A stretch of DNA of 62,418 nucleotides, counting the filler, from Sphacelaria rigidula (taxonomy: Eukaryota), in the NCBI GenBank assembly GCA_964200075.2. It is 7 parts of 7 records of this genome, joined end to end, with 100 filler letters (N's around TTAATTAATTAA, not from the genome) between each part and the next. Parts side by side here need not be neighbours in the genome. Positions count along the whole stretch, not along the records: positions 8,934 to 17,765 come from CAXNAA020009994.1; positions 17,866 to 26,696 come from CAXNAA020009995.1; 5 more parts are not named here. One strand, given 5' to 3'. The translations under genes and the position numbers were made by a program. Below the pieces are notes generated by a model, which saw nothing but the letters and a program-made list of their open reading frames with translations, did not search any database and was not told the origin of the DNA. Positions within the stretch are counted from its first letter, which is position 1, and the number at the start of each line of letters is the position of its first letter. This document shows, one piece after another, positions 11,958 through 24,405 of the stretch.

Positions 11958-14900
11958 CCTGGCTGTACAAATTGTGCGCCGAGGTCACACCCGTACATGT
12001 CTCAGTGATCACCGTCGACGTATTCACCAGAAACTCGGGGTCCGCCCAGCAGGGGTCGTGAAGGAAGTTGGCCCAGATGACTTTGTACAGGCTGGAATTG
12101 ATGATGGCGTTGAAGGCCTCGTGGGCGTACCACACCACCACGACCAGGACTATCCAGATGGGCTTGTTCACGTTCGCCAAGAAGTCGAAGATCCGTCTGT
12201 TCCACTTCGCGCTGTGAATCAAGTTATTTTTTTTCGAGAATAGGAGGAGAAGGAAGAACGGGGGGGTGCTCATGATTCTGCATGTCGTAGTCATGAGATT
12301 ATTTACATCGCATTTCTGCAAGCCGGTACGGGGCACACGCCGGATTATCCCCGGACCAGGGTCGCCATCAATCATCAAGCGCGAAGCGCCGTGATGTGTT
12401 CGGCGACATGCATGAGGGGTGACCTGCACCCTACCAGGACTGCTGAGCTCGAAGCGTATCCTAATTATCTTGCATATGGATGACAGCCTCCGATAAGCCG
12501 CTTCAATTTCTGGTAACGCCACTTCGGGGGGGGGGGGGGGGGGGGTCGGCACTGTAATGCGTGTGAGGACCGCGTGCTTAGGGGACCGCATCAAAAATTT
12601 AACATCCCTAAGGTTAGAGTTAGGGTTAGGGTTAGGGTACCTGCAGGGACTGGCCCAATGGGCTTTGAAAAACGTCGATCCCGAGGTGTTTGAAACTATG
12701 ATGCGGTCCCCTAAGCACGCGGTCCTCCCACGCATTACAGGAACTTTTTTTTCTTTAGACGTGTCTAAATTTACGTCGGGCTGGATCTCATTTTTGAGGG
12801 ATGGCACCATCTTGAAAGGGAAATCGCGTCTAAGCGTGTCTTAGAAACGTCTATTAATACTGTGCGGTCTCACCCCTGCTACAAGGCGTGTCCAGGGACG
12901 TATGAACGCTCACAGAAAACTGGTCAGCGACGACGCGGGAAAGCTCTACCAATAGTACCACCGCACCGGCTCCTAGCAGTGTGTTTGCTTGTACAAGTCT
13001 TCATCGCAGCAAGGGCTCGCCTGTATGTGAGCTGCCCAGGAGTTCAACTGAAAACCGAAGACCTTTAGATCGCTTGGAGTATGACTTTCAGGCGCGCCGT
13101 GGATCGACAAGCCGTCTCCGCTACATATACTGCACAACAAAAACTTCAACCATCAATCCTTGCTGTACCAATAGCGCATACATCCCCGTGCACATCGGAA
13201 ACCGTACGAATGAAAAATCGGAATATATATATTAATATGAAAACATTCAAAGACCAAAAGAAAACGCGAAAACTAAAACTAGTACAGAACAAGTACTTGT
13301 GGAAAATGTTGAAATATTGAAACCCTCTTAACTTACCACTACTCTACAGTTTTACGGATATATATATATACATGAACACACATATATATATAAACATCGG
13401 GATCTTCCCGGTAGGAGTATTCGTAAAATTTCAAGGATCAACAAACCACACACAGTCATTCGCGATGTGCGCGACTACTGCACGTGATGGAAGTCAAGAT
13501 GACGGCTACTAGCATCCATCGTGATCAAATGGTTGATGGACACACGAGACCGCCAGAAAGATGCTACCACAGTACCTTGACCATGCATATCCTCGCGTGC
13601 GACGTACCGAAGCACGGGAAAATGACAATAGCAGACTGATGCCGGGATAGATCCGCAAGAAAAATGGCTGGTTTAAGGAGGCAAAATCTACGTGTACACC
13701 AAAATGACACCAGCCGATCACACCGAGCAGCTGGAAGCTCCCACGCTTGGGGATCGTTTTCGCCGATGTCGCCCATATAAGGCGCTTCATGTCGTCTGAA
13801 ACAAGCCATCATGCGCTGTATAGTATAACCATTTTCTTCGTGACAGTTTTGGGGCTTTTTTTTTTTTTGGGGGGGGGGGGCTATCACGGCATCACTCATA
13901 ATGAAAAACCACGCACACGCCTCGACAAAAAAAAAATCTCGATGGATTTGAAATAAATAGTACGAAGTATGACATAAGGCCGCTCCTTATAGCGAACAAA
14001 ACAAGAGTCTTACAAATGACAAATCCGTTTCGAGTCTTTCTTCGTCGTTTCACGTCCTAAAAGAGAGCTAGGCGGAGTTTGACACCTTGGAATGACTTAC
14101 TTGCTCTTTTCTCGTTGAGACGGTTCTCGGACATGTTCGCGTCGTCCGGTGTCCGAAGTCTTCATTTTGTAAAAACAACTTGCACTTTTGTCCAAAAACG
14201 GTCAAGAACGGTCATTTTATTAGAAAAATGGGTATTTTTTCTTTGAAATTGACTGTCTCTGGGGAAAATGTTCGGCCAAAATAAAACCTGCGGCCACCGG
14301 AAAACGCGAAGATGTCCTGTACTCTGTCATGAGGTGGAGAGGCGGTTGCAGCATCTCCTTCCAAGAACCGTAGATTAAGTAGCGGTTTGTGCAGATTCAG
14401 AGTTTTCAGCAGACGTAAAGTCACCCGAGATCCTTGGATCTCGGGTCTGAGCAGTACGTAGACAGATCGGATGATGTCCCCCAGCCCAGTGAGCAGTAAC
14501 GCCTCTACACTCTGGACAATAGATTATATTGTAAAAAAATGTAATGCGTACAGTATGGAATATATTGTCTGTTGCAATAGGTGCAATAGTTTGTACTGTA
14601 CGCAGTATACTTTTTGACTGTATTCTGTTGTCCAGGGTATGAACGCTTCGGTTGTGGATAGAGATCATGGCGAGACGGCTCTCCCACCTTCAGCCACTTC
14701 TGAGGTAAGACATTCTTCTGCTTCGATTACTATTTGCCATTTGGTGAATACAAGTGAGAGCTACGAACGAGGATAGTCAAGCTACAAACAAGTGAGAACA
14801 AGCTGCTTCCCATCTGGTCGATCGGCACGTATACCTACCGCGTGAACTGCAAAAGATTAAGGAAACACAGAGTGTGCCAAACACATACTTGCTGTCCACC

Positions 14901-15621
14901 AAACTAATTGAAGATTGTATCGTGCGGTTACAAAAGAGAGATGTACCCGTCGCATCCTCATCACAGACCGCCGCAATGAGTAGAGCAAGTCATCTCAAGG
15001 TGTCAAACTCCACCGAGCTCTCTTTTATTGCGTAAAACGACGATGAAGGGCCAAAAATATATTTTTTCACAGGATCTTTGTTTTGCTTCCTATAAGAAGT
15101 GGCCTCATGGCACACACACACACACAAAAAAAAAAAGCAGAAACAGGGAAGAGGTAACAAAAACGAAAAAATCGAAAGAAACAGAAGACATGAAAAGAAA
15201 AAAAAATGAAGGACAAAAAGAACACAACACACATATCATATCATATCATATCATACATATGTAAATGATTCACCATATTCAGTCGCTCTTCGTATTCAGC
15301 ATGCATGTACAGACAATAAAAGAGTGCTTCTTTTGCATAACTACGCCCGCGGGAGTCGCCCCTTCTAAACTCTTGTTACCCTCAAAACACTTACCCGTAG
15401 ACGACGAACGGAGGCGTGACGATGACGAGGAACGCGAGGTAGAGGACGTAGATCGATGAGGCGAAGTTGACCCTGCGCACCAGTACAGTGATGGCGTCGG
15501 TGGCCGCGTCCATCGCGCTCTCCGCCAGGGTGGTGTTGTACTCTGCTTCCGAGGTGGTGTTTCTCCCGAAAAGATCCAGCGACTTCTGGGAAGTGTCGTA
15601 CTGCACGAGCAATGCCGTTGC
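11928..15621 (-). CDS. Partial multi-exon gene, predicted multi-pass membrane glycoprotein of unknown function (exons 15621-15395 and 12211-11928; possible further exon from 9683)
   Basis: aaacag|GCA...TACGG|gtaagt joins in phase 2 to cacag|CGCGAAG, giving ...IYVLYLAFLVIVTPPFVVYGAKWNRRIFDFLANVNKPIWIVLVVVVWY... with hydrophobic segments and N-glycosylation sequons (NTT, NSS, NTS). The second exon ends at CAAG|gcgagt. Confidence 0.7.
12552..12740. mobile_element. MITE with ~40-bp TIRs and internal (TTAGGG)n
   Basis: ctgtaatgcgtgtgaggaccgcgtgcttaggggaccgcatca / tgatgcggtcccctaagcacgcggtcctcccacgcattacag; internal ggttagagttagggttagggttagggt. Confidence 0.85.
13634..13897. mobile_element. MITE related to family A but with different TIRs
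   Basis: Internal cccacgcttggg...atgtcgcccatat.aggcgcttcatg...gcgctgtat...gtgacagttttggg matches family A. Ends are gactgatgccgggatag / ctatcacggcatcactc. Confidence 0.7.
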
Positions 15622-15641
15622 CTGTTTTTCACGATGACCAA

Positions 15642-15720
15642 GACATATTTGGAACTGAAAATACATATGTGGAACTATAAATACATACTGGGAACTATAA
15701 ATACATATTTGGAACTGAAA

Positions 15721-15751
<31 letters not shown>
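15642..15751. repeat. ~20-bp minisatellite (acata..tggaact.aaaat x4) followed by (TA)n
   Basis: Read directly from the sequence. Confidence 0.85.
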
Positions 15752-15752
<1 letters not shown>

Positions 15753-16088
15753 GTAACACAGTCGGATAGTGAGTGTGACTTATCCTAGCCGGATGGTGGG
15801 TGTGTGTGTAGGTTGTAGCTTCTCACTCGGTGAAAGGGTACGGAGTGTGCGGAGCCGTGACGTGGACTTGAACAGGATGGACTTTGCAAGTCGGTTTGGG
15901 TTGAGGTACAGAACTGACAGAGCGGGGGAGGCACCCACGAGGATACCTCCCGAGACGGCAGAATGACGACCCCAGACTGGGGATTGGAGGATGACAGTCC
16001 CAGGGTGACAGACCCGGGAAGATGGTTCGGGTTGACTGGCCCGGGGTTATTAGTAAGCAGGTCGGGTCATACAGAGGTCATAATAACA
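15752..16088. mobile_element. Probable solo LTR inserted in a (TA)n tract
   Basis: TGTAAC...ATAACA ends (TG..CA), GC-richer ~337-bp block, TA-rich microsatellite on both sides. TSD ambiguous. Confidence 0.45.
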
Positions 16089-16664
16089 CACATATATATA
16101 TACACACAAATATATACCGTATTCGAAAAGAACTACAAAGTAGTTATGGCTCGTCTTGTTTTGGTTTGGTTTTTTGTTCAACGGTTGCTTGTGTCACGAT
16201 GACCTGTACATACGTTTGAGAAGTATGATATAACATATATTTTTTACTATCAAATAAACGTAGATGATCATCATAGCTTTTTTTCTTGTTCCTTGATTTT
16301 TTCTTGCTGTATTAAACGAATGACGCATCCTCCATCCCCCCCCCCCCGTTGGGGGAAAGTAGGAGTTGGGAGAAACTGTGTAAGGTGATGTGGGCAGAGA
16401 TGTATGTATAGCTACGCTCTTCGACTATTCGCTACGTGTTCCCAGTGTTCAATATTTACAGTATGACTGAACATCGAATCGTCCCGAAAACGTTTTTTTA
16501 TATATTCTACGAGGGATGGTTGATCTCTTGAGACTAGTAACTACAGTACAACAGTACTGCGCGCGCGTCTGGCGTAAGAAGGAAAGGTACGGGTACTTCA
16601 AGATGAAGGAAAGAGTGTGACAAACGGATATCATCCATTTCTCGTAGCCTTCTTTCTTTTGTCC

Positions 16665-16855
16665 GGGATGGAGTTCGTTATGGTTACTGACATTTTGCGA
16701 GGTCTAAACTGTAGGGTGTGGGTGGATGACGTTTTCTGTTTTGCTGAAACCGAAGAAGCATTGGTAGCTTTGCTTGACGAAATTCTTGGCCGCCTGGACA
16801 GTGTTCGTCTGTTCGTCGCTGCGCAGAAGAGCACCTTTCTTACTCGCGAAGGTTG
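16665..16855 (+). pseudogene. Gypsy-type reverse transcriptase fragment with WVDD motif
   Basis: TDILRGLNCRVWVDDVFCFAETEEALVALLDEILGRL...AAQKSTF matches the RT catalytic region layout. Confidence 0.75.
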
Positions 16856-17765
16856 GCTTTGTTTTCATTCATAAGATGGCATCGATGAACGCTTGCGCGA
16901 AAATGACGTATCAGGCCAACTACCTCCGTCACTTGGGAGTGGCCCACTCCACTTACTGCCTGAGAGAGGCTCTCAAAACACTCGAGCAATCATCTTTGTG
17001 TACGGTGGGATTGACTGCACGTAAGTGAAAAAGAGAAGATGCACACAATCACTCACACAGACTGAATCGTTTTCGGAAATTTCGAATAAGAACAATAATA
17101 GAAAGTTTCTGCAAACGCCTTTTTTTGTCATTTCAGAGTGCAAATATGTCAGGATCAGAGGGTAACGAAAACTAGTTCCCCTCCGTCAAATGTGATATCC
17201 CCTTCATTTTTTTCCGATTATGAGTTTTTATTTTTTTATTGTGCACTCTGACATGACAAAAAAGCGTTTCCCGAAACTCTCTAATGAGAGACAGAGACAC
17301 AGAGGCACACAGAGACCGAAGGAGAGAAACGGAGAGGGACAACCGAAGCATGCGGGGTTGCATATCCATTTTTGAAGGTTTGTGTGCCCATTTGCTCGTC
17401 GACCCTAAGCCAATGCTATCGTACTGTAAATTACGTACGTACGGTAGACTAGAGATCTTTCAAGTGTCCCGGAAATGTTTCGGACAGGAAGTGCAGCGAA
17501 CCATCTCGAGAGGTGATGTCACCGTTTGCCTGATCGTATTCTGCATAATATTCACGAAAAAACAAAACTAGCCGCCGCCGAAGGATCGAAATAACACCCC
17601 CCCCCTCCCCCCCTCAATGGTCGAACGACTAAGGCAAGCAACAAATGAGTACGCCCTCCCCCTCAGCCTGGTCCGGCGAGAACCCGGCGTGCTCCGTCCC
17701 GGCTTTGTAGGGGCGGACCCCCGATGGGGTTGGCGTCGGTTGGCGATGTCGCGACGAAACACGCC

Positions 17766-17865
17766 NNNNNNNNNNNNNNNNNNNNNNNNNNNNNNNNNNN
17801 NNNNNNNNNTTAATTAATTAANNNNNNNNNNNNNNNNNNNNNNNNNNNNNNNNNNNNNNNNNNNN
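17766..17865. other. Artificial contig spacer
   Basis: N44-TTAATTAATTAA-N44. Confidence 0.97.
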
Positions 17866-17893
17866 GAGGGAGAGGGGAAGGGGAGGGGGGGAA

Positions 17894-17931
<38 letters not shown>

Positions 17932-19229
17932 GGCCTCTCGGGTATATTCAACAACAAAAAAATGCAACAAACTTGAATGTTTCAGAAGATTTTTGGTTGA
18001 GCTTCGCCGGCCAGTCACACAATTGCGTCATTTCTGACCCGCTCTTTGACAGGACGTGTCTCCCTATGCCAGAGGACAAGCCGAGCCCACGCCTATACGC
18101 CGATAACCAATAAGGATCGTATATGCGAGGAATTGCGATTTGCAACGATTTCCACCGTCGAAAGTGGGTGTACCTTGGTAGACAAGAAGCAGTTAGCTGA
18201 GTTTATTTGACTAAAGTTGACGCCGTGTGGGAGCGCTGACCCAATCCGCGACACGAAAATGCAAGGGGTGTGCCGGGAAGAGACGGATTGATCCTTTGAG
18301 ACCACGAACTCGTCGCGAGGAAGGGAGGGGTTCATAGCGTGAAAATGAAGAAAAAATGATGCTACAGGTCATCGATCTACGGGGTGTTATCCATATTATA
18401 TGCTCTTTATTCGCGCAGAATCCTCAATGCTCTAAAAAAAATCAAACCCACGGAAGAAAAAATCCAAAACCTAGATCACCGGCATCGATAATAACCCACG
18501 CGGAATAATATTGTCCACAACAGCTTTGGTGCCTTTAGGAGCCGGTGGAACGGCTGGTGCTCCTTGATTCTGGCATCGACTGCCACGGGCGTGCACATTC
18601 GTGTAGGCATTCTGTATACGCGCAAACAAATGCAACCGCGTTGTCCGTGTTCAGGCTTGCTTGATGTCATCGTGCCCCTCATCCCCCACCCCCCAACCAA
18701 AAGCATTTGCTATGCTTGAGCCACATGGCAAAGCCTCCGCCCATCTCGTTCGTTTGGAGCAATGTTGCTCATTAATGCGGAGAACCCGTTACACCCACTC
18801 TCAGTTGTCATCATTCCAGCTTGTCGTGATTGGACGCGGACTCTACATTTTCAAATAGGGGAGGTGAAAACATCCAGACGTGATACCAGTGGGTATCCGC
18901 ACAGCAGACTTCTTTCCTCTCCGTTTCCTCATTGAAACGCAGGTGCAGTGTACGGTGCACGTCTACACACATTTTTTTTCAAAGTCCGTGCTTTCTATTC
19001 ACGTGGTTGCCAACGAATGAGTGCTGACGAGTAGCCACAGCAGCAGTACTACAACCCAACCTTGCTGAAGACACACTTTTGTCACCGCACAACAACAAAT
19101 TCCAACTTGCACGCATTTTCTCTCTCGTTCCTTCCCTGCTCCCGCCTGTTCTGTCGGACCTCTTTCGGGCGGGTTAACCTGAACGTCGACAACCATGGCC
19201 GGGGCGGGGTGACGACCACCACTCACCCG

Positions 19230-22200
19230 ATGCAGTTGCCTTTGTCACTGCTGAAGACGGCTCAGGGCCAGCCCATGCTGGTTGAGCTCAAGAATGGCGA
19301 TACCTACAACGGACGATTGGACAACTGCGACAGCTGGATGAACATCAAGCTTAAGGATGTTATTTTCACCTCTAGGGTACGTCCGCAAACGCAAAGCACA
19401 CCAAGATTCTCATCACTTGACTATACTTTAGTCTAGAGATCATTTGTGGTGAGGGCAGGGTTGTCTTCCGTGACGTGACACTTGAAGTAAAGCCTCTCGG
19501 AAGCGTGGGCGGCGTTTTCGTGTGCACCGAATGAAAACGAAAACCCGCACAGGCCCATCCCCGAGCTGTACGTTCGTTCTTGCGTGTCTGTGTGCGTGTC
19601 TGTGCGTGTGCGTATACAAAACCTCGTGTGTTTTTTTTATTGATTGATTGTCGCACTTTAACTGACCCCCCAGGGGTCCAGCCGTGGTGTCCTGATGAAA
19701 CGTGTGTGAGGTGGAGACGTGACGGGGTGGGGTAGACCTGCCTCATACTCGGAGTACGACAGTATTCCGGTGACCCAAATCGACGATGACCCGAGGTAAC
19801 GTAGCATCCATTCCACCAAACATGCGGAGGGATGATGTCTTGCCGCGTATGCGTGGGCGCGTTGAAGATGACGATTTATACTAGTGCTGCAACCTCTGCA
19901 ATCCCTAGACACCAAATTGCGCAAACTGTGTACCATGTCAGAAGCTGTAAAGCTGTCCGTATTTTTTCACTGCAGCAATGAGCACTATTATCACCGTCGG
20001 GGGCAGGGGGAGGGGGGCAGGCAGGCAGGCAGGCAACGTCTTCACTAAACTGAACAGGTCGGTCCAATGAAAAATAACTGCCACGCACACCGCTCACCGA
20101 ACTTTCCATACCCCAAGTTCCCGTCTGGGCATCGAGGGGCCTCCCGTCTCTAGTGAGCTCGCAACCAACAGGACGAAGTGAAGAGGCAAACGGCCGCAAA
20201 ACGCTCTTTTCGTTTCAGGTAGCGTTACATTGTCATATATTGCGCGGTAATTTATGGTGGAGGGAACGGTCATTTTAGACCAATTTTCATAACTTCCATG
20301 TGTTTTTGTGATATTGGATAGTTTCTCCGTTTGTTCATATTTCCTACCGTAGAAATGGGCACGGTTGAAGCGTTATTCAAAACGACTTGATCTCGACCAG
20401 TAGGTCGGTTTCAACTCTAATTGTTACATTTTACCCTCACGATGAACGAACGCTGGGGAATGCTCCCTTCTGCATTGTGCAATCTGTCAGATTCTTGCTG
20501 CTTTGTGGGTGATGAATATTTCGCCCCATGCCTGAAGGTCCACTTCATGACAGTCGTGCCCCGTACCGCGCCATCCCGTACGGAAATTGTAGACTCTATA
20601 CCCTACTCTACCCCCTCCCCGAAAACGTTCCGAAACCGCACGAAATAAACAAGGATGCCGACAAGTTTGTGAAGATGGTGGAGGTGTACGTGAGAGGCAA
20701 CAGCATCAAGTACGTCACTATCCCGGATGAGGTTCTGGACATGGTGCAGGAGGAGGACTTGTCCAAAGAAAGTGAGTCTGCTCTCGAGGGCGTGGCAGTG
20801 GACACACCGAGAAGTTTTTATGTAGCAGCGCCTTTTTCATTTGATGGACACGGGTGCCCCGCAAACATTTGACGTGAAGAATATCCGTGGACGTACTGTA
20901 CCGCGTGACTGCCCATTACAAGAGATGTGGCTGATCTACGCGATGATGCTCTGTTCCGTTCTCGACGTTGATCCCTTCGTATAGCACATAACCCTTCACA
21001 CCCCTCCCTTCCCCGTGCGGGTCTGATCCTCAAAGTATGATGAATACTGTTCATCTCTTGACCCAACGGAAAATGAAAAATATCGGTGAGCAACAAGAAA
21101 ACGTATCGTACAGTTGTAACCCGGTTAACAGCGGTTTTTTCGGCTTTGAGCAAGTGTCGAATAATCACGTATCCAAAACCAGAGAAAAATCCCTCATTTT
21201 CTCCTTCCTAACTCTCAAACACGTCTCGCTTGGGGGTGTATGCCCCCCCTCCCCTCTCTAAGCTAAGAAAGAACTTGGATGCTCGAAAACGATAAGTAAC
21301 ACAGCAGTGAAAGCAGAGTTGAGAATGGTCTCACTTGAAACAACCGAAGGCATGACAAAATTACGATGACAATATAGCTTGAAGCACATACGGATAAAGA
21401 GATTGCCAGCCATAGTCGATAAGGTTGTATGGAAGAAAAAATCGAAAGGACATGGGGAATAAGATGGGATAGAGAAGTCGGAAAAGAATGGAAGGAGATA
21501 GGAGGAAAACAAGACGAAATACTGTCCGCAGGTGAAGGCGCGGGCGCGGGGTACAAGACAAGAGTGAGGGTTATGATGAAAACAAGGGAAAAAGAAATGC
21601 TCAGACGCGAAGCAGACGAGGAAAAACACCTGGAGAGATATACGGGGGGGGTTGAGAGAGGGGGTAGGGATGAAAATATATTTGCACGGCCCGATGGACG
21701 CAGCGAAAATTTGAAACTGCGAAATCGGGTTGGGGACCTGGACCTGCGAGAAAGAAGAAAGAGATATACCAGTAGTCGAAAGGAGGAGGAAGTAGATGCA
21801 CAGAATTAATTGCCTCAGTGGCAAAGCAATAGAGAGCAGAAGTCATACAGTGGCAGAATGTGAACTATACAAGGGGGAACGGGACGTGCCAGAGAGGGAA
21901 ATGCGGGATTTAAACGAAGGTGGCATGATCATTTGACGCATTGGACAGTATCGGGAAAACAATGGATATACCAGGAGATATATGGTGGCCACAGATGACG
22001 AAAGAGGACCGGGATAAGATATGCAGAAGATTTTTGTGTACTGTATGGAAAAACCGTGATGCGCACCCAAGTGTTTGGGGTGTCTCTATTAGGAGTAGAG
22101 ACGGTGCTCCGGCTCTAAAGGGATGCGTGCTCAATGGTCAAACCACTGAGGCAAGCAACAAATGAGTACGCCCCCCTCCCCCCTCTCGTTTCAAGAATAT

Positions 22201-24405
22201 AGGTGTAGTCGCAGGTAATAGTCCAGCTCCCGAGTTTCAGTTAGGGGAAGTCTCTCAGGTGCGGGCTGTTGTTGAAGTCACGTTGAAGTCTTGTGTATTT
22301 TCGCTACCCTCCCAACCCTCGACCCTTTCGGTTGTCGGTTGGGAATCACGCTGTGGAATATGCCACTCACTGCGTAAGCTAAGCAACCAGGTTACCGTTT
22401 TTTTCATTGAGGTTGCGCTTTTTTCGCGGTAACCATGGTGGTGGTCAAACTAGTCCATGATGTGCGGGTTGAGAGGAAATACGATAAGCATACTGTGTGC
22501 TGTTTAAATAGCGAGACACCCATGTGGTAGTGTGTAACCCATGGCTGCCCTGAAAGTGAGGATACCAGAAAATGATGCAACTCATTGGAGACTGACATCC
22601 AAATGCAAGATAATCAGTACGCTTCGGGCCGAACAATCTTAGCAGGATGCAGCTCGCCCTTCATACGACTCGCCGAGCACATCAAGGCGCTTCACGCTTG
22701 GTTATTGAGCGCGAGCCTGGTCTGGTGAAAACCCGGCGTGTTCCGTCCCGCCTTTGTGGAGAGGCGAGGTCAATGATCACATCACTGCGGCATGCAAGAT
22801 CATAAGTACACCCCCCCCTTTCCCCTCCCCCACCCCCATTCTTCCCTGCCCTCCCCCGCGTTCTCACAAAAAAAACATAATTTCTCCCCCCGTCCTTGAT
22901 GCCTTCTTTACAAATATACTTCAAAATACCCCCCACTTCGCCCTATTTGTTCCCTCTCGGATACGTCGACCTCCAAAAATCTAGAGCGCGGTCTCGCGGG
23001 AAGGGGACGCGGGCGTGGACGCGGCGGGCGGGACAGTGGTAGAGGTGGCGGGCGTGGGGGCAGAGACGGCAGGGGTGGTGTTCGAGGAAGAGGCGAAGGG
23101 AGAGGAAGAGGAGGAAGAGGGCGCGGAGGTGACCGCGGCGGGCGAGGAGGGCGGTCCCGAGGGCGCGGAGAGGGCAAGGGTACAGGAGGTCGTGGAGACA
23201 GCGGGCGAGGTAAGGCTTCCCCCCCCACCGTGCGCGGAGTGTAGTGTTGGAGGAAGGGGTCTTACCCTTGAAAGTAACGTTTGTGGTGTAAGGTGTCATT
23301 TTCATTTGCGGAACTTGGAGTTTAGAGGGTTTCGCACGTGTGCCCAGGTTGCAATTTTTAAGAGAGGCTTGGCCAGGTTGATAAATGACGGAAGAGTTGA
23401 TCGTTTGACTCAAAATGGACCTGAAAGAATCGCTCGCGAATGAAGGGGTCGCGCCAGAGGGTCGCCCGCCGCTTCACGGCAGCCGTGGCGACAGCAGGAG
23501 GAAAGCGGCAGTTGTCGTTCAGAGTGTTTTATGTCTCACCTGTCCGATGTTCTCGATGTCGTTGGGTAAAGTGGATATGTGCGGGTGCTTGCAGAGGTGA
23601 GGTCACACTCGGTATGTGGCTGTGGGGATTTGATCTTGCCTACTCTGCGCTCTTCGAAATGGACTAGTCGACCTTGTGTATCTGTTTTGGTAAGGAGCAC
23701 CCCCCTTCTTTACTGCCGACCCCGCTGTTTTGCGAGGGTCAGTCGTTCTCCCCGGTGCGTGTAATTTCAGCAGGGTAGTTAAAATAGTCATATATGCGGC
23801 GGGCAGCAGACTACGTAAACTGACCCCCCTGCGGTCTACCATTCAAGAATTGAAGCGTGTCTCTATGTTCTCGTGCATGGACGGTTGATGCTTGCGCGTA
23901 ACAAACCTACGAGCCTCGCCGTTGCTGCCGCTTATTTTCTTCGCTTTGATGAAGGACCCTTTCAACACATACTCAGTTACCGCACTTTCTTTGTGCCTTT
24001 GGTAGTGTGGTTCGGTCGATGTTCCATGTCGCCTGCGATACTCACTATGAAAGGCGTGTCAAGACAGCTTGACGCATAGCCGAACCACAAGGAACATTTG
24101 GAGGCATCGCCGTGTCGAGAAAATTCGTACGTGTTTTTCGTTTTCGCGTAGTCACACACACTTTCTTGCCCCCCTTCTTTCCTGAATGGCACCTCGCGTG
24201 GCCATCCTCTTCGCAATATGCGATGAAAGACAAGCGATAGACAGAAAGTAGACCTCCAATTGAACCAACTGCAAGGATGTACAAGAGCAATGACGTCCGC
24301 TACAATGATACGTTATACCTCTGTCACCAAGTTACCCCGCAATCCGTCGCGTCTTCTCCCCTCCCTTATTCCGTTCCGTGCGTACATCCTACAGGGCGTG
24401 GGTAA
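19230..24405 (+). CDS. LSM4: U6 snRNA-associated Sm-like protein LSm4 (exons 19230-19376, 20654-20771, 22985-23209, 24395-24405)
   Basis: [78 protein letters not shown]...|RG/RGG-rich tail|GRG*. GT-AG sites are phase-compatible. The start may instead be an ATG-only upstream exon, and the last micro-exon is inferred. Confidence 0.93.
19641..19703 (-). mobile_element. Short retroposon 3'-end remnant with (CAAT)n tail (other copies 37372-37448 minus, 51421-51504 plus)
   Basis: ccacggctggacccctgg.gggtcagtt.aagtgcgacaatc(aatc)n is shared by three contigs. Confidence 0.7.
21260..22186 (+). mobile_element. 5'-truncated LINE (RT C-terminal region, CCHC-like remnant, C-rich tail) in an LSm4 intron
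   Basis: [23 protein letters not shown]..., then [12 protein letters not shown]; ends ggcaagcaacaaatgagtacgcccccctcccc. Homologous to 48441-49380. Confidence 0.8.

Noticed and set aside
11920-12810. 296-aa ORF as a single-exon gene
   Set aside because: Its N-terminal part reads through a MITE and a poly-C run; only 12211-11928 behaves as an exon.
17866-17935. G-quadruplex or poly-G element
   Set aside because: Lies at a contig edge where homopolymer length is unreliable.
22908-23443. Pro-rich (minus) and Glu-rich (plus) ORFs
   Set aside because: These are shadow frames of the LSm4 RG-rich exon.
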